This document shows, piece after piece, positions 32,458-45,290 of a stretch of 64,000 nucleotides of DNA (positions are counted from its first letter, which is position 1; each line of letters opens with the position of its first letter). A program made the position numbers and the translations under genes. The notes beneath the pieces are model-generated. The model did no database searches, was not told the origin of the DNA, and saw only the letters and a list, made by a program, of their open reading frames with translations. Origin of the DNA: Oopsacas minuta (Eukaryota > Animalia > Porifera); NCBI GenBank assembly GCA_024704765.1, contig JAKMXF010000144.1, positions 248,001 to 312,000 on the forward strand, in the 5' to 3' direction.

Positions 32458-35400
32458 ATGGAGAATAATGACAGTCGGATGAACCCTCTTGTCCAGAACG
32501 TTCATCTCTTAGGGATTGAAAAGGCCCTGTCCACTTGCAACAACTCTGAGAAGATGCAAATCTTGCAGCAATTAGAAGCGACAGTAAACAAATTCAAACC
32601 TGAAGTAGAGTCTGCTATCAAATCTACAGCTAATATTCATAATGAATCAGATTACAGTGATTTCCCAGGTACTGCTAATTTGTTTGCTTCACCCCCACCA
32701 AGAGCTCCAGAGCCCCTCTCACCTTCAAATGAGACGATACCCGGCCCTAGCAACGCAGTAGGGCAACCGGAATGCAACCACGATGAGGTTAAAAAGACAC
32801 AAAAACATTGTACAAACTGCGGGAAAATAAAAATGAGACCACATCCAAATTCTGACGTAATCGACCTTGACACTGATTCGACGCCTTCCTCCCCAACAGC
32901 TGATAACAGGGTCCTGTGTTACAGTGAGTCTAGCGAGGATGAGACCAATCTGGACCTCCTGAACATAGAATATGTCCCAGCATCTCAGGACGAGAGCCCT
33001 GATCTACTCACAAATAACACAGCAGTAAACACAAACAATAAACAATTGAGAGATATAAAGATTGAAAGAATGAAGTCAAGTTTGGTTGCTCATAAGAAGA
33101 GTGCTGCAGAGACTACTTTAAGTTCTCAAACCTCCAGCAAGACATCATCACCCCTGGAGTCCCCTAAAGAGGATAAGGTGCATGTAGAGTTTGAAATAGG
33201 CGCCGAAATTAGTGTCCCAAACACGAGCACAATACCAACACCCACGAAATGTCATTCATCACCTCTGTCCAGGCTAGCACCCACCAAGCGGTTACAGACC
33301 GAGACCAAACGGAAAGGAGAGTGTACATGCTGCCACCAGACGACAATCCACTCAGCTATGAAGTTCACTTCTCATCCATGGTTAGGTGTACTCATCTGTC
33401 AGAAATGTCTGGTATTCATTAGCTCAGGTGAGTACAGCATCGACGAGGGGAAGGAGATATTCTGCCGATGGTGCGGAGACGGCGGAGACATCGCTAATTG
33501 CGGTACTTGTGAGAAGTCCTTCTGTAAGTACTGTCTCAATTCTAACTTCGGGGAAGGGACATGGGATAAAATTACAGGTGACGATAATTGGCGATGCTTT
33601 ATATGTGACGATAATCCCATAAAACACCTGGTAGAAGAGTGCATACAGTTGTTACGGGAGAAAGAGGACATGGAACTGGCCAAGGAGACCAGGAGGAGAG
33701 GGGAAGCTCCCGCCAAGAAGGTGACAAAACAGAGGAGAGATAAAGTTAAGACTGAAGCGGCGTGTGAATCCTCTGATAATACGACACAGCCCTCTGAATC
33801 AATCGGGGAAATATTGACTCCTCTCCCGATTGTTTTAGATGAGCACCCTGTCAATTCTAAACAAGAATTATCAGAGCCAGAGGGAATTAGTGACCCCGAG
33901 ACGGACTCCCTGTCCCTCTCAGACATTGATCTTATAGACCCACCGCCTCAGACGTCTAGGAAGCGGATACAGGGCCCTCTACAGAGCGAGTCAGACGATA
34001 TCATAGCTGTCCAGTCGGATGACAAGGATAAGGACAAGCTTCCCTCGGGCCCTGTCAGACCAAAGAAAGTTTTAAAACCTAAACCGAGGAACAAGAAACC
34101 GCGAGTAGACCCATTCGCCAGCAGTGGAGACGAAGCTACGAGAGAGATAACTATGATGCCAGTAGATATGAATAATCATGAGGGGTCCAGTGCGGATAGT
34201 GACATGTTTGAAGATAAAATGAGACGATTGGACAAGTACGAGTACCAAGTGGGGTCTGATGAGGATCAGAGTACATCAGAGAGATCAGAGTCCGAATTGA
34301 AAGTTAAGAAACGAAAAGGAGGAACGAGAAGGACAAAGAAAAATGAGAGTGAGGGCGATGATGAGTTATCTCTGAGTAAATCTCTCAAAAGTAGATCCAG
34401 ACGGAAGAGGAAAGCTAAACTTATTAGTGATTCATCAGCCAGTAGTACAACAAATTCAGGTTCAGAGAGTGAAGTAGAAAAGATTAAGAAGAGAGGACGC
34501 AAGAAGATTCGTAAACTAATCTCAGATTACAAATTATCACTGTCAACACGAGAAGCGGAGAAAGCGGAAAAAGAGAGGCTACAGAGACTGGAAAGCAAAG
34601 ACAGTTCACAACCTGTTTATATAGACGCAGGAAGTGAAACTAATGAGGACAGTGACACATATGGAGATGGAAGTATAGAACCCCTGGTCCTGGAGAAAGG
34701 GAACAAGGGAGAGGGGACACTAAGTGTAAGCAAGAGACTGGTTAAACAGCTGAAACCTCATCAGAGAGTAGGTGTTAGTTTCTTATGGGACTCTGTATGT
34801 GAGAGCTGTAAGATGTTAAGAGATACTGAAGGATCTGGAGCTTTATTAGCACATTGTATGGGATTAGGAAAAACTATTCAGGTCAGTTATCAAGATATTT
34901 TAACATTAGTTTACTTGTATAGCAATCATCAGTGGATTATGCTGTAACTCCTGTATTGTCGAACACGGATATATCGAAGACTGAAATTGTACAAATATGG
35001 TCCCAAACCGTCAAAGTAACACACATATTTTATCGGTTTTATCGAAGTGATCATAGCGGTCGATTGAGCTTCGATATAATAAGAGTTGACTGTATTAAAA
35101 TCGATATCCATCATCTACTGATGATCGCGGGATACCCTTAACTTCAGTAAATCGATATCTCTTGTTTGTGTAGGTAATCACACTATTGGATACATTACTC
35201 CGTAACAGTGAGAACACTAGCATACATAAAATACTTATAGTAACACCTGTTAACGTCTTGTATAACTGGAAAGCAGAGTTCGAGAAATGGGTTCATAATA
35301 GGAAATATCATCTACACATTTTGGAGTCTAAAGACGCGCTAAAGACTCGTATAAAGACTATGGAATTCTGGGATGAGGCTGGAGGTGTATTGTTGTCAGG

Positions 35401-38011
35401 GTATGATATGTTCAGGAATTTCTGTGTCGGGAAGAAGATCAAAAGTAAAAAGAAGAAAGACAAAGTTTTTGAGATGTTAGTCAACCCAGGTGCGCAGTTC
35501 GTGATTTGTGACGAGGGTCATGTAATGCGGAACTCTAAATCTGGTCTGTCCAAGTGTCTCAACCTTATCGGCACCAAGAGACGCATCGTCCTGACAGGTA
35601 CCCCCCTACAGAATAATTTACAAGAGTACTACTGCATGACGAATTTTATTAAACCAAATCTTCTGGGTTCTCAGGCCGAGTTCACGAACCGTTTTGCTAA
35701 TCCTATCACTAACGGACAACACGCGGATTCTACACCTCATGACGTCAGGATTATGAAACAGAGAGCACACATACTTCACGAGAAGTTGAAGGGATGTGTA
35801 CAGAGACAGGACTATACTGCCCTGACCAAGTATCTCCCCCCTAAACATGAATATGTCCTATCTGCTCGCCTCACTGGGATACAAATTAACCTATATGAAG
35901 CATTTCTAGCCTCTCTTATGAAAAGAGAACTATTCCCTGTATATAATGTTACGCGTAGAATCTGGTCTCATCCGTGGATACTCAAGAAGGAACAACAGTT
36001 ACAGAGAATCCTCCGAGAGAAGAGGATGGACGAGGATGAGATGTCTGACTTCATAGCCTCCAATACAGAAGATGAGGATAGTGAATGTGAACAGAAAGTA
36101 AAGCGAAAGAAATTGGAACTAGTTCCAAGGAGACACCCTCTAGGCAAACGGGTCTCCAAACGGACAGCTGTTGACAAGAATAGAGAATTAACAGACGCCA
36201 TGCGGAATATTGATGACATCATCAGTATAGGCTCATCCTCCTCAAAAGAAGATGATGACTACGTACCAGATGACGTCATCATAGAATCTAAACTAAAAAT
36301 AGACGTAGGGGAATGTTCTGAAGAGAATAACAGCTGTGAGAGCAATGAGATAGCCATGGAGCACAAGGATTGGTTCGATGACATAATCCCCCCAGAGGTC
36401 GAGACACAAATCGAGCACTCCGCTAAACTACTATTCTTATTCGAACTACTCTCAGAGGCTAAGAAACTGAACGAGAAAGTGCTAGTATTTAGTCAAAGTT
36501 TACAAATGCTAGATTTAATTGAGTTCTACCTCCAGAGACCAGAGCATCATTGGATTAAAGGCCTCCACTATTATAGGATGGATGGCTCTACACCCATCGA
36601 CACACGGGACACTTCTTCTGCCATTTTCAACAACCCTAAACATCCACAAATTAGATTATATCTCATTTCTACTAAAGCAGGATCTCTAGGAATTAACCTT
36701 ATTGCTGCGAATAGAGTAGTCATTATGGATGCCTCATGGAATCCTACACACGACACGCAATCAATATTTCGAGTTTACCGGTTCGGACAGGTAAAACCTG
36801 TATTTATATACCGTCTGATAGCAAAGGGAACCATGGAAGAGAAGATATACGACAGACAAGTAACCAAAGAGTCACTAGCACTTCGTGTTATAGACGAACA
36901 GCAAATAGGTAGACATTTCACCAGTAGTGACCTGGCTGAGTTGTTCAGATTTGAGCCAGAAGATCTAAGATACAGAGAGCCTGTAGTAAAGATAGAGGCT
37001 GTGAATAATACAGATGAGATAGACAGTGACTCTGTAGAAATTATTAGCTCTACAATAAACACAGTTAACTCTAATAATAAAGAGGTGAAGAGACCAGAGG
37101 CTGATCTAGTCCTCTGTAGCATCCTAGACAAATTACAACCCAAATATTTCGTCAGCTACCATGAACATGATTCTCTGACAGAGCACATATTTGATGAAGA
37201 GCTCTCTGAGGACGAAAAGAAGGCCGCTTGGGAGAGCTACAACACTAGTAAAGAAGCGATCAGTCGTGAGTATGTACAGCAAATGTGGCAAGATAAACAG
37301 GCACAACAGAACCAGGTAGCTCAATTTGAATTAGCTCGCCAACTCCTAACACAGGGCCAAATCCCCTCTGCTCCCCCAGCAGTCCCTCGTCTCCCTGTTC
37401 CACCTATCCACCAGATCCTTGCCACAAATTCTAACCAAGCTGTAACTAATAAACTTCAACATCAAATATTAAAACAATCAGTAGCTCAATACCAGAAAAT
37501 ACTAGCTATGAATCCAGGACTAGGTAACGCCGAGCAAGGCAATCTATTCGCTAGTATTCATCACCAAATAACCAATGAGGTAGCACAGAGGAATATGATG
37601 CATTCCAATCTATCTCAATCTGTATCCACGGACGCTATTAGAGCACAATTATTACAACGCATGCCTATTCCAGCTCCAAACATGGTTCCTAGACACCCAA
37701 TGCCCCCTCAGATAATAAACAGACCCTCTGTGCCTATGTTACATCCGATGCCTAGAGTGCTGCGTCCACAAACAAGCATGCATTACGTCCCTACAGCTAC
37801 CACAAGCACTGCCACACAAATTCGAACGAATCCCCCAATATCAATATCAAATTCTCACGCACAGAACCAAGGCCGTGTTACAAAGACATCAGCAGTGAAT
37901 GAGAAGTCTTACCCCTCTTTCCAGGAACAAAACTATCCAAACCCCATCGACAGCATATCTCTACTAACCTCAGACGTCATTCCAGTCCCTTCTAACGAAA
38001 CTATAGATTGA
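32458..38011 (+). CDS. ATRX: Chromatin remodeler ATRX (exons 32458-34881, 35174-38011)
   Basis: ADD domain (CTCC..HPWLGVLICQKC..CRWCGDGG..C..CEKSFCKYC), SNF2 motifs AHCMGLGKT and CDEGH, and helicase C-terminal STKAGSLGINL..SIFRVYRFGQ. Confidence 0.95.
34941..35092. mobile_element. Tigger-like MITE, copy 2 (ATRX intron), inverted relative to copy 1
   Basis: Shares gaaattgtacaaatatggtcccaaaccgtcaaagta and the terminal gagttgactg-TA with the reverse complement of copy 1. Confidence 0.75.
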
Positions 38012-38545
38012 TTATACAACCGGCAATTATGAGAAGATGTACAGACAATAAATACTAAGAACAGATTCATACCTTATAACAAGTGAAGGATAGAGTACTC
38101 AGATCATGTTGTAATTCATATGATTACATATTTGTATTAACCTTAATGATTATAGCTAAGTAATTCATAAATACAGTCCTGCATAATGAGTTTAAAATAT
38201 GGTTATTTGGGTTTATGAAATAGCATAAACTGGAATTATAAATATGGTATTTATGTTTGTTGTTGTTGACAATATTAATCGTGAAGAGATTTACTTATAC
38301 TGTTGTTAAATCGAACACCAAGGGGTTGACGAATCTGTACTCCTAGGTACAAGCCGTAACCCCCACCCCCAGGTTAGAAACACTACCCTAAAGAGCAGTC
38401 CCCGTGAATCCCCTATACCAAATTTCACACCTGTACACCCCCTCCCATAGGCCACAATAGAACTTCTAAACTAACGAACCTAATTAACTGCAAGGTTTAA
38501 TAACGGTAATAACATATAAGAGATAACACACAGTAACAAACTGAG

Positions 38546-39640
38546 CTAAGCTTTAGCCTTGTGTAGAGGTCCTATCTCATCAATAGGATCAACTGATCCT
38601 TCAAATTTTCTATAATGTCTCAGGAATCTAACAGCAACGTCACTAAACTTAGTTGCCTCTACTCCTAGATCCTTGATACCAAGTTTGTCGGTATGGAAAT
38701 CTTCTGATAATGTCATTCTTGTAATCTTATCCCTCGTGACGTAACGGTAGAATGGCCATAATTCGTTCATAAGTCCGAATATATTGAAAATAGACTGTGG
38801 TATGCTGAAGGGTCGAAATGGACGGTTTACACAACGGAAAATATAGTCAACTAGATCATAGTATAGGTATTTCTCAGGTCCGCACAGATAGTAAGTCCTC
38901 CCCATCGTATCTCTGTCTACAACACATTTCTCTACAGCACTAGCAACATCCGAGACGAATATCGGTATTTTATGAACATGTTTTCCCATTTTTATAAGCG
39001 GGACTATTTTGATGTATTTTGATATGCCAGCGTAATACATGAGGAATCTATCTTCGAGTCCGTATATGTCAGATGGTTTTAAAATAGTGACGTCAGGGAA
39101 GATCTCTCTTACAGTATCCTCCCCTTGTTTCTTGCTTACCATGAATGGAGAGGGAGAGGAATAGCTTGCGTTGTATGCGGAGAAATGTACTAATCTCTCT
39201 ACTTCCATGTCTTTGCATGCTTGTGCTATTCTTGCGGCTCCCAACACATGCAAGTCATAGTAACTGAAATTTGAAGTTTCATAATCACGACCGACTAAGT
39301 TCACGACAACATTTGAATATTTGACCAGGTCTCGTATTCTATCGATGTCTAGGAGATGGTATGGACGAAAATAGATCTGTCCGAGGTCACCCATAACTCT
39401 GAGGTGACGTGTGTCGTGTTCATCACAACGGAATGGAAGTACAATCTGACTACCCATTCTTCCCATTCGGTTCACAACATATCTACCCACGAATCCTGTA
39501 GCACCGAAAATGGTAACAGTCAGTCCACTGACAGAGGACCTCCCGCCCGGACCTGCCCTCTCCAACCCCCTCAGTGCTGTTGAGAATCTCCGGATTTGAG
39601 ATCTTCTGCAACAACGGGACACCGTGAGGAGTGCGGCCAT
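38546..39640 (-). CDS. NDUFA9: Complex I subunit NDUFA9, intronless
   Basis: GRSSVSGLTVTIFGATGFVGRYVVNRMGRMGSQ..GDLGQI..SNVVVNLVGRDYET. Confidence 0.96.
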   Translation of the reverse strand: MAALLTVSRCCRRSQIRRFSTALRGLERAGPGGRSSVSGLTVTIFGATGFVGRYVVNRMGRMGSQIVLPFRCDEHDTRHLRVMGDLGQIYFRPYHLLDIDRIRDLVKYSNVVVNLVGRDYETSNFSYYDLHVLGAARIAQACKDMEVERLVHFSAYNASYSSPSPFMVSKKQGEDTVREIFPDVTILKPSDIYGLEDRFLMYYAGISKYIKIVPLIKMGKHVHKIPIFVSDVASAVEKCVVDRDTMGRTYYLCGPEKYLYYDLVDYIFRCVNRPFRPFSIPQSIFNIFGLMNELWPFYRYVTRDKITRMTLSEDFHTDKLGIKDLGVEATKFSDVAVRFLRHYRKFEGSVDPIDEIGPLHKAKA

Positions 39641-39830
39641 CCTCTCAATTAGGACAATAAAAATCTGAAAGCACGATCTATGCAGTTACAAAATTATCAA
39701 TAGAATTTATTTTAACGACAACTCTACCGTAAATATGGACAAAAAATAAACTATTGCAACTTTGCAAGAAACACTATATTCTATTGTGAATAGAGGCAAC
39801 TATTTGAAAACTTAGAATAGCTATAATTTA

Positions 39831-40401
39831 GTGTAATAAGTGAGTGTCGAATTACACCTGCCTCAACTTTCAGACCCAGGTATCCTTGCAGACACCCAGG
39901 TCCTTCTGTTGCATAACCATTAGCTTCAGTCTCTATTGGGAGTTGGGGAAGCAGGCATTTGGCTCACAATAATATATACTACTGAATGCTATTTATACGA
40001 AGAAATTTCTTTAACGAAACAGTTTTGGTTTGGGATAAATGCTATAGCAATGTAATAGGATTGGATTACAAATATGATATACATGGCTGCATTATTATCC
40101 AACCATTTGTACTTATTCTATAGAATTCTACCTATAAATACTTCACGTTGCTAGGGTAGATTAGGGTGAGCCACGGCTCTGACTTCTCCTCAAGTACTCT
40201 TTCCCAAAGTGAGCCTCAAGCACATTGGACTGTTGGGCAGTGTTGCTTTTGGGTGGTGCTGCCTGACAGTTGTCAGAGTTAATTCGACACTCGCCTTCTT
40301 TTTGGCCTTTTTTTGTGCGCGCAAATGTTAGAAATTCGGCCCACAAGAGCGGGGATTTCTATTAATTGAGCGGACAATATTTTGACACTCACTTATTGCC
40401 C
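39831..40401. mobile_element. 571-bp non-autonomous DNA transposon with 21-bp TIRs
   Basis: Left gtgtaataagtgagtgtcgaa versus right (reverse complement) gggcaataagtgagtgtcaaa, 18/21 match; TA on both flanks; internal 13-bp inverted copy at 40280-40292. Confidence 0.7.
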
Positions 40402-40598
40402 TAATTCATAGCTATTCTATGTTGTTAAGTTTAGGGCGATTAAACATGTGCTCAAAGGTGTTCTCACATGATGATGTGAACATATTCCATGAGATACAGT
40501 TGACAACTTAGTTTAATAAATAACAACAAAATTACAAAGGGTAATAAGTGATCTAGTAGTAGAGTGATAGAATTGAATAATTAATTCGTTTTGATAAT

Positions 40599-42080
40599 TT
40601 AAAAGTTCTCATCAGAGAACATATTTACTCTCCTCTTATCAAATTCCTCTTTGAACTCATCTCCCATATTCTCGACATCTTGCTGATCACGTAGCACTCC
40701 TTTAGGTAGAAACCCTAACAGTTTTGTGGCATGCTCCTTCAACAAACGCTGTCGTTCTTGTTCCACCACCAATTTACGCATAGCCTCTAGTTCCTCTTCC
40801 CTGTTCCTCTCTTCCATTTCCTTTTCCTTCTGTAGAATAAAATTCTCTCTTCTTGCCTGTAATAAGACATCTACTGCTCGTCTATGCTCTTGCTGTTTCA
40901 TTCTACGTTTCTGAGCATTCATCTGCTCGATACGATCATCCTCTGCAAACTTTTCCATCATCTGTCTCTTGAATTCCTCCTCTTCCTCTCGTAAAGCAAT
41001 CTCCTTGCGAGACTTTAACTCTAGGTAGTCTTGATGAGCGCACTGTAGATCCAATCTAGCCCTTAGTCTCTTCTCCATATCTCTCCTCTCTCCTCTTCTT
41101 GCCTTCTCCTCCTGCTCCTCAATATATAACTCATTTCGTATCTTATCGAGTGCCTCTTCCTTTGTGGATTTCTCCCGTAGGAAGTTAGTCAAACGTTCCT
41201 GTACTTGAAGTTTGGCTTCCTCCTGTATCCGTTTCTCAGCTTGACGTACATCTTCCCTCTCTTGCTGTTTGTTTGCAAAACTCATAATCCTCCTATTCTC
41301 CTCCTCCATTATCTCCTCCTCCTGTCTCTTCCAGGCCTGTCTCTGCTCCAGGAATTCCTTGATATACCTCTGTGTAGCTTCCTGCTTCTCAAACCTAGCT
41401 CTCAAGGCCTGCTCATCCTCCTCGTATATCTTACGTATAATTTCATCTATCATTAGTTTCTCCCTCAGGAATTCCTCATAAGCCTCCTTCTTTTTAAGCT
41501 CCTGTTCCTCCAGCTGTTTCTCAAGGGTACCCTGATAGTCTATCATTTCACCCTTCCGTCTCTCAAGGTCCTTAGCTTCCATCTCCGCAGCGTTCTCCCA
41601 TTCTTCCTGTAGCTTCTTGGCTGTCTCCATTTCCCTAAGACGTAGTTCATACTTCTCAGCATCTTTCTCAGCTATCTGTACAGCTCTCTCTCTGTTTAAA
41701 TATCCCAGTTTTAGTTTAGCTTCCAGTTCTCTGATCTCATGACTGTTCTCTCTTATCTGCTGACGAACTCTCTCCTCTCTCCGAGACTCTAACTTAATCT
41801 TCTCCAATTCTCTAGCCAGCTGTTCCTCCTGTGCGGCCTGTTGCTCCGTCAAGAGACGTATTTCTTCAGATTCCTTTATACGAGCCTCCATCTCCCGCTC
41901 TCTCTCCTCTTCCTGGACCCGCCGGAGATATCTCTTAGTCTCTATTCGGTTCTCTATAACAGCTGATGTCTTAATCAGCTGATCTTTCTCCAGAGCATGC
42001 ATCCTCTCCTGGCGGACATAATCCTGTCTCCTCTGCTCATCTCTTGCCCTCTGTTCTGTCACATAACTATGTCGTATCAT
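40599..42080 (-). CDS. MNS1: Meiosis-specific nuclear structural protein 1 (ciliary MIP), intronless
   Basis: Trichoplein-type coiled coil with LRELE-like EIRELEAKLKLGY, FAEDDRIEQMNAQKRRMKQQEHRRAV and LLGFLPKGV. ATG at 42080 gives 493 aa. Confidence 0.93.
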   Translation of the reverse strand: MIRHSYVTEQRARDEQRRQDYVRQERMHALEKDQLIKTSAVIENRIETKRYLRRVQEEEREREMEARIKESEEIRLLTEQQAAQEEQLARELEKIKLESRREERVRQQIRENSHEIRELEAKLKLGYLNRERAVQIAEKDAEKYELRLREMETAKKLQEEWENAAEMEAKDLERRKGEMIDYQGTLEKQLEEQELKKKEAYEEFLREKLMIDEIIRKIYEEDEQALRARFEKQEATQRYIKEFLEQRQAWKRQEEEIMEEENRRIMSFANKQQEREDVRQAEKRIQEEAKLQVQERLTNFLREKSTKEEALDKIRNELYIEEQEEKARRGERRDMEKRLRARLDLQCAHQDYLELKSRKEIALREEEEEFKRQMMEKFAEDDRIEQMNAQKRRMKQQEHRRAVDVLLQARRENFILQKEKEMEERNREEELEAMRKLVVEQERQRLLKEHATKLLGFLPKGVLRDQQDVENMGDEFKEEFDKRRVNMFSDENF

Positions 42081-42195
42081 TCTATTTATAGTAACAATTG
42101 TCAGAGAATAACATAGGTTCAAAGTGTCAAAATTGTGTCTCGAATTAATCAAATTAGAATAATGAATGGAATCAAACAAATATAGAATTGACCAA

Positions 42196-45168
42196 TTAGC
42201 TATCAGAGTTACCAAGCATTTTCTCTTCAAATCTAGCTAATGCATTCTCCACCAGTTTATCAGGAGGAATAGTTATCACCTCTTCATTAACAGCTGTTTC
42301 TTCTAACTTGTCCTCTTCAGACCCCTGAGAAGAGAAAGGTCTTCGTGTAGTTATAACCCCAGGTGTGAAAACGTCATCATTATACTCTTCATCATTTTGT
42401 GGAGTAATCTCATTTGTATCTGTATGTGATAATTTATAATTCGGGTCTGTAGCTACTTCCTCGCATATACTAATACGTTTAGACAGCTGTAGCTCTTCAT
42501 TAGCCTCCTCCAGGGAATCAGTACAGGATTTGGGTAGTTTAGGGAAATTGAAGTGTGCAGCAACAAATCCATTATCTTTACTGACGTAATCATTAACTTC
42601 TCCAGGAGAATCCTCAACGGATCCGTTAGATAATTCGTATTTAATCCCAGAGGCGTCTATCTCTTCGTGGAAAGAGCTACCCTCCTTAACAGGTGTCGAG
42701 TGGTCAAGTAAATTCTTCATAAACTTACTAGTCTTCTTGGGGAGCTTAACAGAACCATCATAAGGCCGTAATTTGAAACTAGACCGCTTATAAGTTGTCA
42801 GAAACAGTCGTTTCCTTCTCTTTCGTCTCCCTCGCCTGTTCAGTGGTTTATGTGGTTGTAGATCAAATATTGTATGTGAGGGACTATACCCATACATAGA
42901 GTTAATACTCTCATCCACTATATTAGTAGATTCTGTCTGTAAGTTATCTACTACAGAGTGTCTAGTGCTTAGATGGCGTTTACACTGCAGGTTACTTGGT
43001 GGTGGAATCCAGTGTAGAGCCGAGCTGTCAATGGTGTTCTTCTGCTTTGCTAGCTTTGACTTGTGTTCCTCTGTTTGTTGAGAAGAGAATGAGAACATTA
43101 GTTCTTTATTATCATTGTCAATTGATCGAATCTTTATCCAATCTTGAGATTCTAGTGTATCAGCTAGATCGAATGGATCAATACTTGTAGCTTGACTTAA
43201 GCTCTGTAGACATATATTATTCTTATCAGAGTTATGAATGAGATAATCAAGAATAGCAGACTTCCAAAAACTGATATAAGCCACACGGCCTAGTAGAGAT
43301 AGTGGTTTCTCTGGACTCCCAATCCTTTCCTCCCTCAAAGACAACAGATACGAGAATTGTATAAGAAACTTCCCATAACCTTGCTTCTGGTATGCAGGTA
43401 GTGTCATAATACAAGATAGATTGAATTTCTGTTGGTACTTCTCCTTACTAAAGTATCCTATTATGTGACAACCAGATTCATCGTTCTTTGTAAGCACATA
43501 AAATGTGAACGGTTCTACGTCATAATATAGTGTCTTATGATCTAAAAACAACTTTCCTAATAGACACAGGTTCTGGCAGTAAATTGTATTTGATTTCCCG
43601 TCAATCTCAAACACGGAGTGATCGTCCTTTCGGTATATCTCTCTTGCGGGCGGATGAGTTAGTTTACACTTGGAATTGTGTCGCAATAACACCTCATACG
43701 ATTTCATATATTTGAGACAGAATTCACAGATATATAGTATAGATAGGAGAGCATATTCCTGTGGATAAACTGATGTGTACCAGGTATCTATTTCGTATTG
43801 TCCAAGGTGGATTTTAGGCGGGAGACACTTTGGGTTGTTAACAATAGAGTTCTGATTGGGTGTGACACGGATAGCGGACAGGTTCCTAGCCTGATAGAAT
43901 AGGTTCCCCTCTTCCACAGGTACCCCCTCTATTAGAGGACTAATAGACATCGGGTGAGGAGAACCTATCGGTTTAGGAATCTTTCTCTTTCTACCGGGAC
44001 CGGTGGACTTATGGGGGAGAGGGGAGGTGGAAGGGATCCTTGGCTTCTTAGGTGATCTAAAGGAATGTGTGGGTAGAGAATCAAAGAGTTTAGATTTATC
44101 ACGGACAGAAGATCGTGTTCTCTTGATTGGCTGTGGAGATCTGGGTATATTCTTCTCAGCTCGGATTATAGCAGCTATTTCCCTCTTAGTCTTAGGGACA
44201 AGAGGTCGGCCTAGAGACAGGGGTCTATCTACCTCACTTTCAGGGGGTGTGACAGGCTCACACATGTAACAGTACCACTTCCCTCGGGGCATTTCAAATA
44301 GGGGAGGTTCTAGACAATCCATATGATACCCTTTATCACATGAATCACAAATCAATAGTTTATTACTAGTGGATACAGCTTTATCCCTGACAGAACATAG
44401 AGCACACATCTTACAGTCTAAACACTGCCATTCCTCGGCCCGAATCTTCGCCACTAACTTTTGACTGTATTTCAAACAGCTGGGGTGTCCGCTGTTGCCA
44501 CATAAATGACACGATAAAAGGTCTTCGTGTTGATGGTGTTTATTGTCCTCTGCCGTGCACAGACAGAAGGAGCACAGCTGATTGGGCTTAACAGGGCCCC
44601 GTGAGTACAACTTAAACTTCTTGCTAGGAAATCTATATTTATACGGCTTCACTTGACACCTAATCAATCGTCCTTGTTTCACACATCTCTCTAAAGTACT
44701 ATAAATAGAATTCAGTAGAATAGTAGTCTTTAGTAGAGAATATTTCACTAACATTCTATCTGTAATCTCTTCTACACTCGCGTTTTCTATCATAGCATTA
44801 TCCTTAAGTTCTATCACAGATCTTCTCACCATATATGACATGTCAGAATTGGTTATGCCGAGTTTGTCGTCTGGGAGAGATCCGTTTTCCAGGTAAAAGA
44901 ATCCCCCTCTAGAGTATGTCCGAATTACAGAGCCTATTTCTATCGCCTCGGCCATTAACGTGTTTAGTTTTTTCAACGGGACGTTAAGACGGTTGTGTAG
45001 AATTGATTTGATAGTGGGTTCAGGAATACGGATCCCTTGTAGTACTCTGGAGCCCAAATGTCTTCCGAGTCTGAGAGCTTCTCTCACTAAAGAGACAGGA
45101 GTACCTTGAATATCTCCCGACGGTACCAGCTCTGTCTTTGGACTTATCCTCCTCCGTCGCTCTGTCAT
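42196..45168 (-). CDS. KAT6: MYST histone acetyltransferase KAT6A/B-like (winged helices, double PHD, MYST), intronless
   Basis: CSFCL..CHLCGNSGHPSCL..WQCLDCKMC..ICDSCDKGYH double PHD; YEIDTWY..YCQNLCLLGKLFLDHKTLYYDV; GSPEKPLS. Confidence 0.93.
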   Translation of the reverse strand: MTERRRRISPKTELVPSGDIQGTPVSLVREALRLGRHLGSRVLQGIRIPEPTIKSILHNRLNVPLKKLNTLMAEAIEIGSVIRTYSRGGFFYLENGSLPDDKLGITNSDMSYMVRRSVIELKDNAMIENASVEEITDRMLVKYSLLKTTILLNSIYSTLERCVKQGRLIRCQVKPYKYRFPSKKFKLYSRGPVKPNQLCSFCLCTAEDNKHHQHEDLLSCHLCGNSGHPSCLKYSQKLVAKIRAEEWQCLDCKMCALCSVRDKAVSTSNKLLICDSCDKGYHMDCLEPPLFEMPRGKWYCYMCEPVTPPESEVDRPLSLGRPLVPKTKREIAAIIRAEKNIPRSPQPIKRTRSSVRDKSKLFDSLPTHSFRSPKKPRIPSTSPLPHKSTGPGRKRKIPKPIGSPHPMSISPLIEGVPVEEGNLFYQARNLSAIRVTPNQNSIVNNPKCLPPKIHLGQYEIDTWYTSVYPQEYALLSILYICEFCLKYMKSYEVLLRHNSKCKLTHPPAREIYRKDDHSVFEIDGKSNTIYCQNLCLLGKLFLDHKTLYYDVEPFTFYVLTKNDESGCHIIGYFSKEKYQQKFNLSCIMTLPAYQKQGYGKFLIQFSYLLSLREERIGSPEKPLSLLGRVAYISFWKSAILDYLIHNSDKNNICLQSLSQATSIDPFDLADTLESQDWIKIRSIDNDNKELMFSFSSQQTEEHKSKLAKQKNTIDSSALHWIPPPSNLQCKRHLSTRHSVVDNLQTESTNIVDESINSMYGYSPSHTIFDLQPHKPLNRRGRRKRRKRLFLTTYKRSSFKLRPYDGSVKLPKKTSKFMKNLLDHSTPVKEGSSFHEEIDASGIKYELSNGSVEDSPGEVNDYVSKDNGFVAAHFNFPKLPKSCTDSLEEANEELQLSKRISICEEVATDPNYKLSHTDTNEITPQNDEEYNDDVFTPGVITTRRPFSSQGSEEDKLEETAVNEEVITIPPDKLVENALARFEEKMLGNSDS

Positions 45169-45290
45169 AGCTAATCAGAACTCAAATTTGTTAATGTTTG
45201 TAGCTTAAACTTTAGTAATAACTTCGAGTTTAATAAATATATAATAAAATAACACACAGAAATTCTATAAAGTGACAGGGTTACTGTTAG

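Noticed and set aside
40161-40380. GC-rich segment as RNase MRP/P or telomerase RNA (GAAATCCCCG; TTAGGG)
   Set aside because: The P4 partner strand does not pair, there is no CTAACCCTAA template, and the segment lies inside the TIR-bounded element.
8934-42080. SPAG8, MNS1 and TEX11 as a ciliary/meiotic gene cluster
   Set aside because: They are far apart, on different strands and interspersed with housekeeping genes, so there is no evidence beyond chance.
42196-42230. Apparent coding overlap of the MNS1 and KAT6 ORFs
   Set aside because: The ORF track extends MNS1 to an upstream alternative start. The ATG at 42080 gives the expected ~493-aa protein and a 115-nt gap.
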